Source: an uncultured delta proteobacterium (lineage in GTDB: Bacteria > Myxococcota > Myxococcia > Myxococcales > Myxococcaceae). Taken from it: a stretch of DNA of 64,000 bases. Below, in pieces: positions 30,556 to 40,361 of the stretch. Each line of letters begins with the position of its first letter. The first letter of the stretch is position 1. The notes beneath the pieces were generated by a model. That model made no database searches, had not been told where the DNA came from, and was given only the letters and a program-made list of their open reading frames with translations. The position numbers and the translations under genes are program-made. The stretch lies in contig CAVZMH010000024.1 of assembly GCA_963776345.1 (NCBI GenBank), positions 1 through 64,000 on the forward strand. Direction: 5' to 3'.

Positions 30556-31425
30556 TCAGCCTGGCGCGGGTCGCTGGCGGGCCTCGACCCACGGCGCCAG
30601 CGTTCTCCACAGCGTCGCGGCGAGGATGATCGCTCCCCCGCGGATGGCCCACGGTCCGGGGCGCTCGCCGGCGAGGAGATACGTCCACACCGGGTTGAGC
30701 ACCGGCTCCACCAGGGCCAGGAGCGAGGCCTCGACCGCCGGGGTGTGCCGCACGCCGCGGGCGAACAGCGCGTAGGCCGCGCCGAGCTGGAAGAGGCCGA
30801 GGAAGAGCACGATGCCCACGTCGCGCGCGGTGGGGGCAGGGCCGCGCAGCGCCATGGGGAGCGACATCAGCGAGGCCAGGGCGTTCCCCCAGACGATGGC
30901 GCCCACGTTCCTCGACCCGAGCTTCCGCAGCCCGAGGATGCACAGCGCGAAGGCCACCCCCGAGGCGACGGCGATGACGTTGCCCACCGCCTGCCCGGGC
31001 GAGAGCTGGTCGAGGAAGAAGAGGAGGAGGCCCACGAGGAAGAGCGGGGCCGAGAGCAGCTCGCCGCGGGTCGGCCGCTCGTGCAGGAGCACCCCGCTGA
31101 GGAGCAGCACCCAGAGCGGCGCCGTGTCCTGGAGGAAGATGGCGTTGGCGCTGGTCGTCGCCTTGTTCGCCAGGACGAAGAGCAGCACGGTGAAGGCATA
31201 GGCCACCGCCACCCAGCCCACCGAGCGGTCCGGCCGCCGCCGGGCGCCGGGGACGAGCGCCGCCAGGACGAGCGCCGCCACGGCCGAGCGCCCGAAGTTG
31301 ATCTGCCAGCCGGAGAGGCCGCAGAGCTTGATCGCCGCTCCGGCGGTGGACCAGAGCGTGGCCGCGGCGAGGATGAGCCAGGGCCCGCTGCGTCGCCCGC
31401 CGCTCTCGGAGTGCTCGTCGTTCAC
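30556..31425 (-). CDS. EamA/DMT family transporter
   Basis: LWSTAG, ANKATTSANAIFLQ.TAP, LVEPVLNPVW; about ten TM segments. Confidence 0.9.
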   Translation of the reverse strand: MNDEHSESGGRRSGPWLILAAATLWSTAGAAIKLCGLSGWQINFGRSAVAALVLAALVPGARRRPDRSVGWVAVAYAFTVLLFVLANKATTSANAIFLQDTAPLWVLLLSGVLLHERPTRGELLSAPLFLVGLLLFFLDQLSPGQAVGNVIAVASGVAFALCILGLRKLGSRNVGAIVWGNALASLMSLPMALRGPAPTARDVGIVLFLGLFQLGAAYALFARGVRHTPAVEASLLALVEPVLNPVWTYLLAGERPGPWAIRGGAIILAATLWRTLAPWVEARQRPAPG

Positions 31426-31519
31426 GGGTGGGGCCAGCGCCCGGCCCTCATACCAGACGCCGGGACCGGCCCCGACTTCCGTGCAGCGGCCACTTGGCCC
31501 TAGGGTGCCGGCGCAGACG

Positions 31520-32080
31520 ATGAAGATCTACACGCGCACCGGCGACACCGGCCAGACCGGCCTCTTCGGGGGCGGCCGGGTGGCGAAGGACGACCCCCGG
31601 GTGGCGGCCTACGGCGAGCTGGACGAGCTGAACGCGACCCTGGGCGTGGCGCGCGCCGCCGGCCTCGGGACCCTGGACGCGTGGTGCCAGGACCTCCAGG
31701 ACCAGCTCTTCACCGTCGGGGCGGTGCTCGCCACCCCGCGCGGCACCCGGGCCGACGCCCACATTCCCCACGTCCGGGAGGAGTGGGTGGCGGCGATGGA
31801 GAGCCGCATCGACGGCCTCCAGCAGGAGCTCCCGCCCCAGACGCACTTCATCCTCCCCGGGGGAACGCCGGCCAGCGCCGCGCTGCACCTCGCCCGGACC
31901 GTGTGCCGCAGGGCCGAGCGGTCCGTCGTGCCGCTGTTCCGCGAGGGGCAGGTGGACGAGATCACCCTGCGCTTCCTCAACCGGCTCTCGGACTTCCTGT
32001 TCGTCCTCGCGCGCGCGGCGAACCACCGGGCGGGGGTGAAGGACGTGCCGTGGATTCCGGGCGGGACGCCGGCGCCCTGA
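31520..32080 (+). CDS. pduO: Cob(I)alamin adenosyltransferase, PduO type
   Basis: MKIYTRTGD.GQT, AYGELDELN, FILPGG, ARTVCRRAER, NRLSDFLF. Confidence 0.95.
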   Translation: MKIYTRTGDTGQTGLFGGGRVAKDDPRVAAYGELDELNATLGVARAAGLGTLDAWCQDLQDQLFTVGAVLATPRGTRADAHIPHVREEWVAAMESRIDGLQQELPPQTHFILPGGTPASAALHLARTVCRRAERSVVPLFREGQVDEITLRFLNRLSDFLFVLARAANHRAGVKDVPWIPGGTPAP

Positions 32081-33099
32081 GGGCGGTCGCCCCGGCAGCC
32101 CGCCTGCACGCGCTGGCGCTCCAGGCGGGGTTCGACCTGTGCGGCTTCGCCCGGCCGGAGCCCATCCCGGCGCCGGCGCTCCTCGACTGGCTCGCCGCCG
32201 GGATGGCCGCGGACATGGACTGGCTCGCCGAGCGTGCCGCGGACCGGCTCGATCCGCTCCGGCTGCTTCCGGGCGCGCGCACGGTGGTCGCGCTCGGGTG
32301 CAACTACTGGACGGACACCTCCGGGGTGGAGGGCTCGCCCGTCGCCCGCTACGCCCGCGGGCGCGACTACCACGCGACGCTGCGCGACCGGCTCCGGGCC
32401 TTGCGCCGGCTGCTCCGCGCCGAGTACCCGGGGCTGGAGACCTACGGCTCGGTGGACCACGGCCCGTTCATGGAGAAGGTGTGGGCGGCGCGCGCGGGCC
32501 TCGGCGTGGTCGCCCGGAGCGGATGCCTGGTGACGCCCCGCTTCGGCTCGTGGGTGGTGCTCGCCGTGCTCCTGGTCGAGCTCGAGGTGGACGCCTACGC
32601 CGACGGGCCCACCGAGGACCGGTGCGGTTCCTGCCGGCTCTGCGTCGACGCCTGCCCCACGGGCGCGCTGGACGGCGCCGGGCGCGTCGACTCGCGGGCC
32701 TGCCTCTCGTACCAGACCATCGAGAACGAGGGGCCGGTCCCGGTGGAGCACCGCGAGGCGATGGCGCCGCACGTCTTCGGATGCGACGTCTGCCAGGACG
32801 TCTGTCCGCTCAACGCGGGCCCCCTGCCCGCGCCCGGACAGAGGTTCCTGCCCCGGGCGGTGGCGGGCCTCGACGCGCGCGGGCTGGCGGCGATGACCGC
32901 CGAGTCCTACCGGGAGCTCGTCCCCGGGACCGCGCTCGCCCGGGCCGGCTACGACGGGCTTCGCCGGAACGCCGCCTACGCGCTCGGCGCCGCCCGCGAC
33001 GCCGGCGCCCGGCCGGTGCTGGAAAAGCTGGCGCACGACCCGAGCGCTGTGGTGAGTGACGCCGCCCGATGGGCCCTCGCCCGACTTCCCCCGCCCTGA
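32050..33099 (+). CDS. queG: Epoxyqueuosine reductase
   Basis: ARYARGRDYH, CGSCRLCVDACPTGA, CLSYQTIE, FGCDVCQDVCPLN, C-terminal HEAT repeat. Start uncertain. Confidence 0.93.
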   Translation: MDSGRDAGALRAVAPAARLHALALQAGFDLCGFARPEPIPAPALLDWLAAGMAADMDWLAERAADRLDPLRLLPGARTVVALGCNYWTDTSGVEGSPVARYARGRDYHATLRDRLRALRRLLRAEYPGLETYGSVDHGPFMEKVWAARAGLGVVARSGCLVTPRFGSWVVLAVLLVELEVDAYADGPTEDRCGSCRLCVDACPTGALDGAGRVDSRACLSYQTIENEGPVPVEHREAMAPHVFGCDVCQDVCPLNAGPLPAPGQRFLPRAVAGLDARGLAAMTAESYRELVPGTALARAGYDGLRRNAAYALGAARDAGARPVLEKLAHDPSAVVSDAARWALARLPPP

Positions 33100-33107
33100 C
33101 CGCGCCC

Positions 33108-34094
33108 GTGGCCTCCGAGCTCGAGCCGGTGCACGCCCGGGGCGGGCGTGGGCCGGGCGTGGTCGCGGCGCTCCTGCTCCAGACCGCCATCAGCGGCGGC
33201 ACGTACCTGGTCGCCAAGCGCGCCTTGACCGAGGTCCCGGTCTCGACCCTGGTGCTCTGGCGGTTCCTCCTGAGCGGCGCGGTGTTCGCGGCGCTGGTCG
33301 TGCTGCTGCCCGGGCCGGCGCTGCCCCCACGGCGGGCCATCCCCGCGGTGCTCGGGCTCGGGTTCCTCGCCGGGCCGCTGAACCAGGGGCTGTTCTTCGC
33401 CGGGCTGACGCGGTCGACGGCGGCGCACGCCTCGCTGCTCTACGCGCTCACCCCCATCGGGGTGTACCTGTACTCGATGCTCCGGGGGCGCGAGTCGCCG
33501 AGCACGCGGGCGGGCCTCGGGCTCGCGCTCGCCTTCTCCGGCGCGCTGGTCCTGCTCCTGGCGCACGGGCTCCGGGCACTCTCCGGGGTGTTCGTCGGCG
33601 ACCTGCTCATCCTCGGGGCGGTCACCGCCTGGGTGGTCTACACCGCCGAGGGGAAGGCCTTCATCGGCGAGCACGGGGCGCTCCGGGCCACGGCCTGGTC
33701 GATGATCGCCGGCGCGCTGTGGCTGCTTCCCGCCACACCCTGGGCGCTGCGCCCGGAGTTCATCCTCGGGGCGGGCGCGGTGGTGAAGGGCGCCATCCTC
33801 TACCTGGCCCTCCTCACCTCCGTGGTGAGCTACCTCCTCTGGTACTGGGCGCTGGGGAGGACCGACGCCTCGAAGGTCGCCGTCTTCAGCAACCTGCAGC
33901 CGGTGGCGACGGCGCTGGCGGCGTGGGGGGTGCTCGGCGAGCGCATCGGGTGGGAGGTGGCGGTCGGCGGCGTGCTGGTGCTCGCCGGGGTGCGGCTCAC
34001 CAGCGTTCCGCGCGCCCCCCACCGCCGTTGGGGCGTCGCCTCCCCCGGCCCCGACCCCGCGGGCCCGCCCGGCCCAGCGGGGGAGCCGTCGTAG
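33108..34094 (+). CDS. EamA/DMT family transporter
   Basis: About ten TM segments; GLTRSTA, NLQPV, LGERI. Confidence 0.88.
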   Translation: MASELEPVHARGGRGPGVVAALLLQTAISGGTYLVAKRALTEVPVSTLVLWRFLLSGAVFAALVVLLPGPALPPRRAIPAVLGLGFLAGPLNQGLFFAGLTRSTAAHASLLYALTPIGVYLYSMLRGRESPSTRAGLGLALAFSGALVLLLAHGLRALSGVFVGDLLILGAVTAWVVYTAEGKAFIGEHGALRATAWSMIAGALWLLPATPWALRPEFILGAGAVVKGAILYLALLTSVVSYLLWYWALGRTDASKVAVFSNLQPVATALAAWGVLGERIGWEVAVGGVLVLAGVRLTSVPRAPHRRWGVASPGPDPAGPPGPAGEPS

Positions 34095-34149
34095 AGTCGC
34101 GCGCCCCTGACCTCTGGCGCCCGCCGGCGAGGCCGGCCCGGCGGGAATC

Positions 34150-34995
34150 TCACTTCAGCGTCACCGGCTTCACCCCCGCGGCCTGAGCCTGGGCGGCGAG
34201 CTTCTGCTTGATCGGGCGCAGCCGGTCGGCGCCGAGCTCGGTCCCCGAAAGGTGCTTCTCCCCGATGTATTGCTCGAGGTGGGTGATGCGGTCGGCGGTC
34301 AGCGGGTGGTTCGAGAGGAACGCGGCGAACGCCGGCTGGTTCCCCTCCATCGCCTTCAGCTTCTCGAAGAACTGGATGATCCCCCGCGGGTCGTACCGCG
34401 CCTGGGCCGCATAGCGGGCGCCGTACTCGTCCGCCTCGGTCTCGTCCTGCCGGCTGTACGAGAGCAGCGCGCCCTGCGCGGCCAGCGTCCCGGCGAGCTG
34501 CGCCAGCTGGTTGGGGTTCTGCCCGAGCGCGATGCCCAGCACCGTCTCCAGACCCATCGCGTCCACCATCTGCCGGGCCGAATGCCGGGCCACCACGTGC
34601 CCCGACTCGTGCCCCCACACGCCCGCGAGCTGGGCCTCGTTGTCCGCCGCCATCAGGAGGCCGGTGTACACGTAGAGGTTTCCGCCGGGCGTGGCGAAGG
34701 CGTTGACCTGCTTCGGGTCGTCGATGACGTAGACCTTCCAGTTGACGCCCGGCCGATCCTTGTTGGCGGAGACGAAGATCCTGTCCGCCACCCCGCGGAC
34801 GTACTTCACGATCTCCGCGTCCTGGACGTACTTGGTGCCCTGCTTGTCCAGCTCTTGCTTCACTTGTTGGCCGAGCTGGTCCTCCTCCTGGTCGGAGATG
34901 AGGGCCTTGGCCATCCCCTCGGAGGTGTGAATTCCGCAGCCGCCCAGGACGAGGGCTCCGGCGGCGGTGAGGGCACGAGCGGACGTTCGGAACAT
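34150..34995 (-). CDS. M48 family metalloprotease lipoprotein
   Basis: Lipobox LGGC; NAFATPGG, GHESGH (HExxH), YSRQDETEAD, LSNHP...RI. Confidence 0.93.
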   Translation of the reverse strand: MFRTSARALTAAGALVLGGCGIHTSEGMAKALISDQEEDQLGQQVKQELDKQGTKYVQDAEIVKYVRGVADRIFVSANKDRPGVNWKVYVIDDPKQVNAFATPGGNLYVYTGLLMAADNEAQLAGVWGHESGHVVARHSARQMVDAMGLETVLGIALGQNPNQLAQLAGTLAAQGALLSYSRQDETEADEYGARYAAQARYDPRGIIQFFEKLKAMEGNQPAFAAFLSNHPLTADRITHLEQYIGEKHLSGTELGADRLRPIKQKLAAQAQAAGVKPVTLK

Positions 34996-35068
34996 GACAG
35001 GGCCTCCCTGAGTGGGATGGATAGTGCCTCCCCGGGCGCGACGCCAGGGCGCCCGCGGGCGGCTCGGC

Positions 35069-35260
35069 TCAGAGGAAGTCAGAGCACGACGCGTAGTACC
35101 CGCAGCGGCAGAAGAGCTTGCACTTGCGCTCCTCGAGCGGCGCGCCGCAGTTGAGGCAGGTGCGGACCAGCGCCTCGGGCCCGCTCGGCCTCGGCGGCGA
35201 TGCCGGCGCGCGAAGGAGCTGCGGAGGCGAGCGACCATCGCTCGAGGGTGGAGAGCTCAT
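35069..35260 (-). CDS. Small zinc-ribbon protein
   Basis: RTCLNCGAPLEERKCKLFCRCGYYASCSDF; start uncertain. Confidence 0.7.
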   Translation of the reverse strand: MSSPPSSDGRSPPQLLRAPASPPRPSGPEALVRTCLNCGAPLEERKCKLFCRCGYYASCSDFL

Positions 35261-35302
35261 CGCGTCCGAGCGTACCGCCGCCGAGCGACGAACGGGAGCG
35301 GC

Positions 35303-35434
35303 TCAGCGGCGGATGAGCAGGACGCCGGCGACGAGCAGGACCGCCCCGAGCGCGCGACCGGGGCCGAACGGTTGCTGAGGCACCCCGAGAAGGCCGAAGC
35401 GGTCGATGACCATCGCGGTGACCAGCCCGGCCAC
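35303..35434 (-). pseudogene. C-terminal remnant of a YdcZ/DUF606-type DMT transporter
   Basis: Manual translation VAGLVTAMVIDRFGLLGVPQQPFGPGRALGAVLLVAGVLLIRR*; an in-frame TGA lies six codons upstream. Confidence 0.65.
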
Positions 35435-35497
35435 GCCCCGGCGCGGCGGTCACTGTGCTCCCGGGCGACGGCTCGCTCGTGACAGGCTCGGCGTCGC

Positions 35498-36145
35498 ATG
35501 GAACCGGTCACCCCCGTCACCCTCCAGGGGCGGCACGTCCGGCTGGAGCCGCTCGGCCCCCAGCACCTCGACGGCCTCCAGGCGATCATCGAGGGTCCCC
35601 GGGACACGTTCGGCCTCACCCCGGTGCCCCGGAGCCGGAGCGAGCTCGAGGCCTACGTGGGCGCCGCGCTCGAGGACCAGCGGCGCACGCTCGCGCTCCC
35701 CTTCGCCACGCTGGAGGCGCGAACGGGGCGGGTGGTGGGGACCACCCGCTTCGGCAACATCGAGTTCTGGCTCATCCCGCCGGGCTCCGACGTCGGCCGA
35801 CCCCCCGGGGTGCCCCACGCGGTGGAGATCGGCTGGACCTGGCTAGCCCCGGCCGCCCAGCGCACCGCCGTCAACACCGAGGCCAAGCGCCTGATGCTCG
35901 CCCACGCCTTCGAGCGCTGGGAGGTGTTCCGCGTCTCGCTCAAGACCGACGCCCGCAACGTCCGCTCGCGCGCCGCCATCGAGCGCCTCGGCGCTCGCCT
36001 GGACGCGGTCATGCGCGCCCACTCTCCCGCGGCCGACCGCGGGGCGCGCGACGCGGCCTTCTACTCGATGCTCGCGGCCGAGTGGCCGGACGCCCGGGCG
36101 CGGCTGGACGCCCGGCTCGCCCGCGGAGCGCGTCCCGCTACTTGA
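35498..36145 (+). CDS. GNAT acetyltransferase, RimJ/RimL-like
   Basis: LQGRHVRLEPL, VEIGWTWL, QRTAVNTEAK, KTDARN.RSRAAIERLGA. Confidence 0.92.
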   Translation: MEPVTPVTLQGRHVRLEPLGPQHLDGLQAIIEGPRDTFGLTPVPRSRSELEAYVGAALEDQRRTLALPFATLEARTGRVVGTTRFGNIEFWLIPPGSDVGRPPGVPHAVEIGWTWLAPAAQRTAVNTEAKRLMLAHAFERWEVFRVSLKTDARNVRSRAAIERLGARLDAVMRAHSPAADRGARDAAFYSMLAAEWPDARARLDARLARGARPAT

Positions 36146-36740
36146 GGCGGCTCTCGGCCGCTCCCCAGTCGATGTTGGAGAAGTACGCCTCGACGTACTT
36201 GGCGCGCTCGAACGGCTTGTAGTCCGGCACGAAGGCGTGCTCCCAGGCGTCCATCACCACGATGGGCCGGAAGCCGGCGATGTTGTTCGTCTCGTGCAGG
36301 GTGATCCAGTGGTTGGAGAGCCAGCCGTTGGTGGGGTCCTGGTAGGTCACCGCCCAGCCGATGCCCGGCATGGTCGCGACCGCCTTGAGGTCCGCCAGGT
36401 ACACGTCCCAGCTGGAGAAGCTCGCCTCGGCGGCGGCCTTCAGCTTCGCCCCGGGGTTGCCCGAGCCGCCGGGCTTCATCCCGGCGAAGTAGTACTCGTG
36501 CAGGACCATCCCGTTGTACTCGAAGCCCAGCCGGCGGGTCATCTCGGCGTAGGCCGGGTTCGCGCCCGACGCCTGACCCTCCTTGGCCAGGCCGTAGAGC
36601 GTCTCGGTCAGCTTGTTGGTGCGGTTGACGTAGCCCTCGTAGAGCTTGAAGTGGGACTCGAGCACGCCGTCGCTGATGCCCTTCAGTGCCTTCAGATGCG
36701 GAAAGGACTTCGGGGTGTACTTCTTGCCCAGGTCTGCCAT
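36138..36740 (-). CDS. Fe/Mn superoxide dismutase family protein (ChrC-like subgroup)
   Basis: HFKLYEGYV, NGMVLHEYYF, GIGWA, MDAWEHAF. Confidence 0.88.
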   Translation of the reverse strand: MADLGKKYTPKSFPHLKALKGISDGVLESHFKLYEGYVNRTNKLTETLYGLAKEGQASGANPAYAEMTRRLGFEYNGMVLHEYYFAGMKPGGSGNPGAKLKAAAEASFSSWDVYLADLKAVATMPGIGWAVTYQDPTNGWLSNHWITLHETNNIAGFRPIVVMDAWEHAFVPDYKPFERAKYVEAYFSNIDWGAAESRLK

Positions 36741-36806
36741 GGATGACTCCTCCTGTCGTCGGACGAGGGGCTTAATGCCGAGCCGGGGCAGTTGGCGAAC
36801 CCAAAA

Positions 36807-37628
36807 ATGCCCGAGCTTCCGGAGGTGGAGATTGCACGACGCACGCTCGAGCGGTGGCTCGGCGTCGCCGAGGTGACCCGGGCCGAGGCCGAGCGGACGC
36901 GGGTCTTCCGGGGGGGCGGCCGCGGCGCCTTCGCCGGGCTCCGGGGACGCCTCGCCCGGGCCGAGCGCCACGGGAAGGTGCTCCTCGTCTCCCTCGACTC
37001 GGGCCAGGGCTTCCTGTCGCACCTGGGAATGACCGGCAAGTGGGTCCGGCGCCCGGCGGGCGAGGCCGTCCCCTACAGCCGGGCGCGCCTGCTGCTGGCC
37101 GACGGCACGGTGGTCCACTACCGGGACCCGCGCCTCTTCGGACGCATCGAGCCCCACCCGGCGGACGCGCTCCGCTCGCTCCCGGTGCTCCGGTCGCTGG
37201 GGCCCGACCCGCTCCTCACCCCCCTCTCGGGCCGTGCGCTCCGGGACGCCCTCGGCCCGACCCGGGCCCCCATCAAGGTGGCGCTCATGGACCAGCGGCG
37301 GCTCGCGGGCCTGGGGAACATCCACGCCGCCGAGGCGCTCTGGCGCGCCCGGCTCCACCCGGCCCGCCCCACGCGGGACCTGGAGCTCCCGGAGTGGAAC
37401 CGGCTGGCCACCGCCATCCGCCGCGGCCTGGCCTTCGCGCTGTCCGCCGAGGAGGGCGAGGAGATCGCCTACGTCGAGGAGCCGGGGACGGAGAACCCGT
37501 TCCGGGTCTACGCTCGCGCCGGCGAGCCCTGCCCTCGCTGCGGCACACCGCTCAGGCTGCTGCGGCAGGCGGGCCGGAGAACCGACCTCTGTCCCCGGTG
37601 TCAGCCGGCGAGGAGAAGCAAGGGATGA
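36807..37628 (+). CDS. mutM: Formamidopyrimidine-DNA glycosylase
   Basis: MPELPEVE, HLGMTG, DPRLFG, GLGNI, CPRC...CPRCQ zinc finger. Confidence 0.95.
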   Translation: MPELPEVEIARRTLERWLGVAEVTRAEAERTRVFRGGGRGAFAGLRGRLARAERHGKVLLVSLDSGQGFLSHLGMTGKWVRRPAGEAVPYSRARLLLADGTVVHYRDPRLFGRIEPHPADALRSLPVLRSLGPDPLLTPLSGRALRDALGPTRAPIKVALMDQRRLAGLGNIHAAEALWRARLHPARPTRDLELPEWNRLATAIRRGLAFALSAEEGEEIAYVEEPGTENPFRVYARAGEPCPRCGTPLRLLRQAGRRTDLCPRCQPARRSKG

Positions 37629-38071
37629 CCGTTCGCGCGAAGGGCCTGGACCACGTGGCCATCGTGGTCCGCGATCTCGAGGAGAGCATCCGGCTGTGGC
37701 GCGACGCGCTCGGGCTCGAGCTGACCCACGTCGAGGAGGTCCCGGAGCAGCAAGTGCGGACCGCCATCTTCGGCCACGGGATGGGACGGGTGGAGCTCAT
37801 CTCCCCCACCACCGCCGACTCGGGCGTGGCCCGCTTCCTCGCCACCCGCGGGGAGGGTCTCCACCACGTGTGCATCGAGGTGGAGGACATCGAGTCGGCG
37901 ATGGACTCGCTCCGGAAGGCCGGCGCCCCGCTCATCGATCAGGAGCCCCGCCCCGGCGCCGGGGGGGCGCGGGTGGCGTTCGTTCACCCCAAGGGAATGC
38001 GCGGGGTCCTGACCGAGCTGCGCCAGGGCCCGGCCGGGCCGGCCCACGCGGTCAGCGGCCGGCGTCCTTGA
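37625..38071 (+). CDS. mce: Methylmalonyl-CoA epimerase (VOC family)
   Basis: LDHVAI, EEVPEQQV, VELI, GEGLHHVCIEV, VAFVHPK..GVLTEL. Confidence 0.9.
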   Translation: MTVRAKGLDHVAIVVRDLEESIRLWRDALGLELTHVEEVPEQQVRTAIFGHGMGRVELISPTTADSGVARFLATRGEGLHHVCIEVEDIESAMDSLRKAGAPLIDQEPRPGAGGARVAFVHPKGMRGVLTELRQGPAGPAHAVSGRRP

Positions 38072-38345
38072 AGCAGAAGAGGTCCTGGGTGTTGGTCGCC
38101 GGGTTCTGGCCGGCGAGGCACTGGCTGCCGCTGGGACAGTCCTTGTCCAGCTCGCAGCGGTGTGTGCAGACGCAGTTCTGGCCCACCCGGCAGAAGCAGC
38201 TCTCGGGCGCGGTGCAGTCGGTCGTCACGGCGTACACCGAGCACGCCTCGCCGTACTGGCTGAGACTGTCGCCGCACGCGCCGATGAGCGCGAGCAAGAG
38301 TGCCGCGCCGAGGGACAGCAGGGGAATCCGGATGCTCCGATTCAT
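38052..38345 (-). CDS. Cys-rich small lipoprotein
   Basis: Lipobox IGAC plus ten further Cys in 97 aa. Confidence 0.75.
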   Translation of the reverse strand: MNRSIRIPLLSLGAALLLALIGACGDSLSQYGEACSVYAVTTDCTAPESCFCRVGQNCVCTHRCELDKDCPSGSQCLAGQNPATNTQDLFCFKDAGR

Positions 38346-38402
38346 GTTGGTGGGATGCTAGCGCAAGAGAGAGGGCCGGGGCGCGCAGCGGAGCAGACTT
38401 CA

Positions 38403-38408
38403 TTGACA
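38403..38408 (+). promoter_or_regulatory. Possible sigma70 -35 hexamer upstream of the outer-membrane protein/lysA operon
   Basis: Perfect TTGACA 60 nt upstream of the GTG at 38468; the -10 match is weak. Confidence 0.3.
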
Positions 38409-38467
38409 GAGATGCGCGCGGGTGTCTTCATGCCGCGCCCTTCGTCCTACCCCTCCGGAGATTCACA

Positions 38468-40361
38468 GTGAAGGTCACTGCCCTGGCGGCGATGCTCGTC
38501 TCCGCCACCGCGCTCGCACAGACGCCACCGCCCGGCGCCCCCCTCGCCGAACCAAAGTTCCGGAGTGACGCCGACATCCAGCGGGAGATCGACGCGCGCG
38601 TCGAGGCGGCCAAGAAGGAGCTGCGCGAGGAGATGCGGGCTCAGGCCGCCACCGTCGCCGCCACCTCGGCCGGCAGCTCCTGGGAGACGGAGGCCGCCAC
38701 TCACCGGAAGCTCGACCTCCTGGAGCTCCACGGCTACTTCCGCGTCCGGCCCGAGCTGTTCCACAAGTTCGATCTCGACCAGCCTCCCGACTTCAGCGGC
38801 TACTGGCTGTTCCCCCGGCCGGACGGGACGGGCGCTCCGGGGATCGCGACCGGCGGCGGGCACAGCATCGCCGGCACCAACATGCGCTTCCGGCTGGACC
38901 CCACCCTCAACATCTCCGAGGAGGTGCGGATCCGCGCCCAGGTGGATGCCCTGGACAACCTGGTGTGGGGCAGCACACCCCAGTACGCCTACATCCGGCA
39001 GGACCGGGTGGACATGGGCATCCTCGGCGCCAGCCAGGTCCCGAACATCCCCGGCGTGAACTCCACGCAGAGCAACCTGGCGGTGAAGCGGGTCTGGGGC
39101 GAGGTGGCCACCCCGATCGGGCTCCTCAAGTTCGGCCGGATGGCAGATCAGTACGGCCTGGGCATCGTGCACAACGACGGGAATTGCCTGGACTGCGACT
39201 ACGGGAGCACCGTGGACCGGTTCCAGTTCGTGGCCGAGCCGCTCCCCGGCTTCTTCCTGGTCCCCACCATCGACTTCGACCTCGAGGGGTTGGTGAGCGG
39301 CCACGTCAACACCCAGGGCCAGCCGTACGACGTCAGCAACAGCGACGACGCGCACACCTTCGGGATCATCCTCGCGCGCAAGGACACCGAGCAGAAGGCC
39401 CGGGCGAAGCTCGACGCCGGCGGCTCCATCTTCAACTACGGCCTGTTCTTCCAGTACCGGAGCCAGAACTACGAGTACAACCAGAACGGGAGCAACACCG
39501 CCTTCAACGAGCAAGACCCCTACACCAACCCTCAATCCCTCCCTCAGCCGGACCTCCCGGAGCGCCTACCTCTTCATCCCCGACCTCTGGCTGAAGTTCG
39601 AGCGCAAGGCCTTCCGGATCGAGCTGGAGGTCGCCGCATACCTGGGCAAGGCGAAGGCCTGCCTTCCCTACCTCGACGGGTCGAGCACCAGCTGCGACGC
39701 GGGGAGTCGCGCCTTCAAAGAGGAGCTGACCATCGCCCAGTACGGCGGCGCCCTGCAGACGGAGTGGCGTCTCCTCGAGGGGGCGCTGAAGATCGGGCTC
39801 GAGGTGGGCGCCGCCAGCGGCGACTCGGCGCCGGGGTTCGGGAACAAGCCGAATCGCCAGAGCAACCAGACCCGGCCCGGCTCCACCACCTCCGGTGCAC
39901 AGTGGGGCGACTACGAGGGCGCGCAGTACGGACAGCGGCCCTGCAGCCCGGGCGCGCCGAGCTACCAGGCGCTCTGCCAGGACCGCGACATCCGGAACTT
40001 CCGCTTCAACCAGGATTACCGGGTCGACCTCATCCTGTGGCGGGAGATCATCGGCGGCATCACCGATGCGCTCTACGTGAAGCCGGGCGTCTCCTACGCC
40101 TTCAACGACTCGCTGAGCGTCTTCGGCTCCCTGGTGTATTCCAAGGCGCTGAAGCCCACCAGCACCCCGTCCGGGACCAGCACCCAGCTCGGGCTGGAGA
40201 TCGACGCGGGCGTGCGGTACCAGACCGACGACGGGTTCTACGCCCAGCTCATGTATGGGGTGCTCTTCCCGTTCGACGGCCTCCAGTTCGGGTACCTCAG
40301 CGCCCCCGTCTCACCCTCGGTCGCCCAGGCGCTCCGTGCCCAGGTCGGGATTCGCTTCTAG
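38468..40361 (+). CDS. Myxobacterial outer-membrane beta-barrel protein (TIGR04551-like); frameshift near 39545
   Basis: Signal peptide; HGYFRVRPELF, NMRFRLDPTLN, GNCLDCDYG, NFRFNQDYRVDLILWR; ends in Phe; the two halves are in different frames. Confidence 0.8.
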
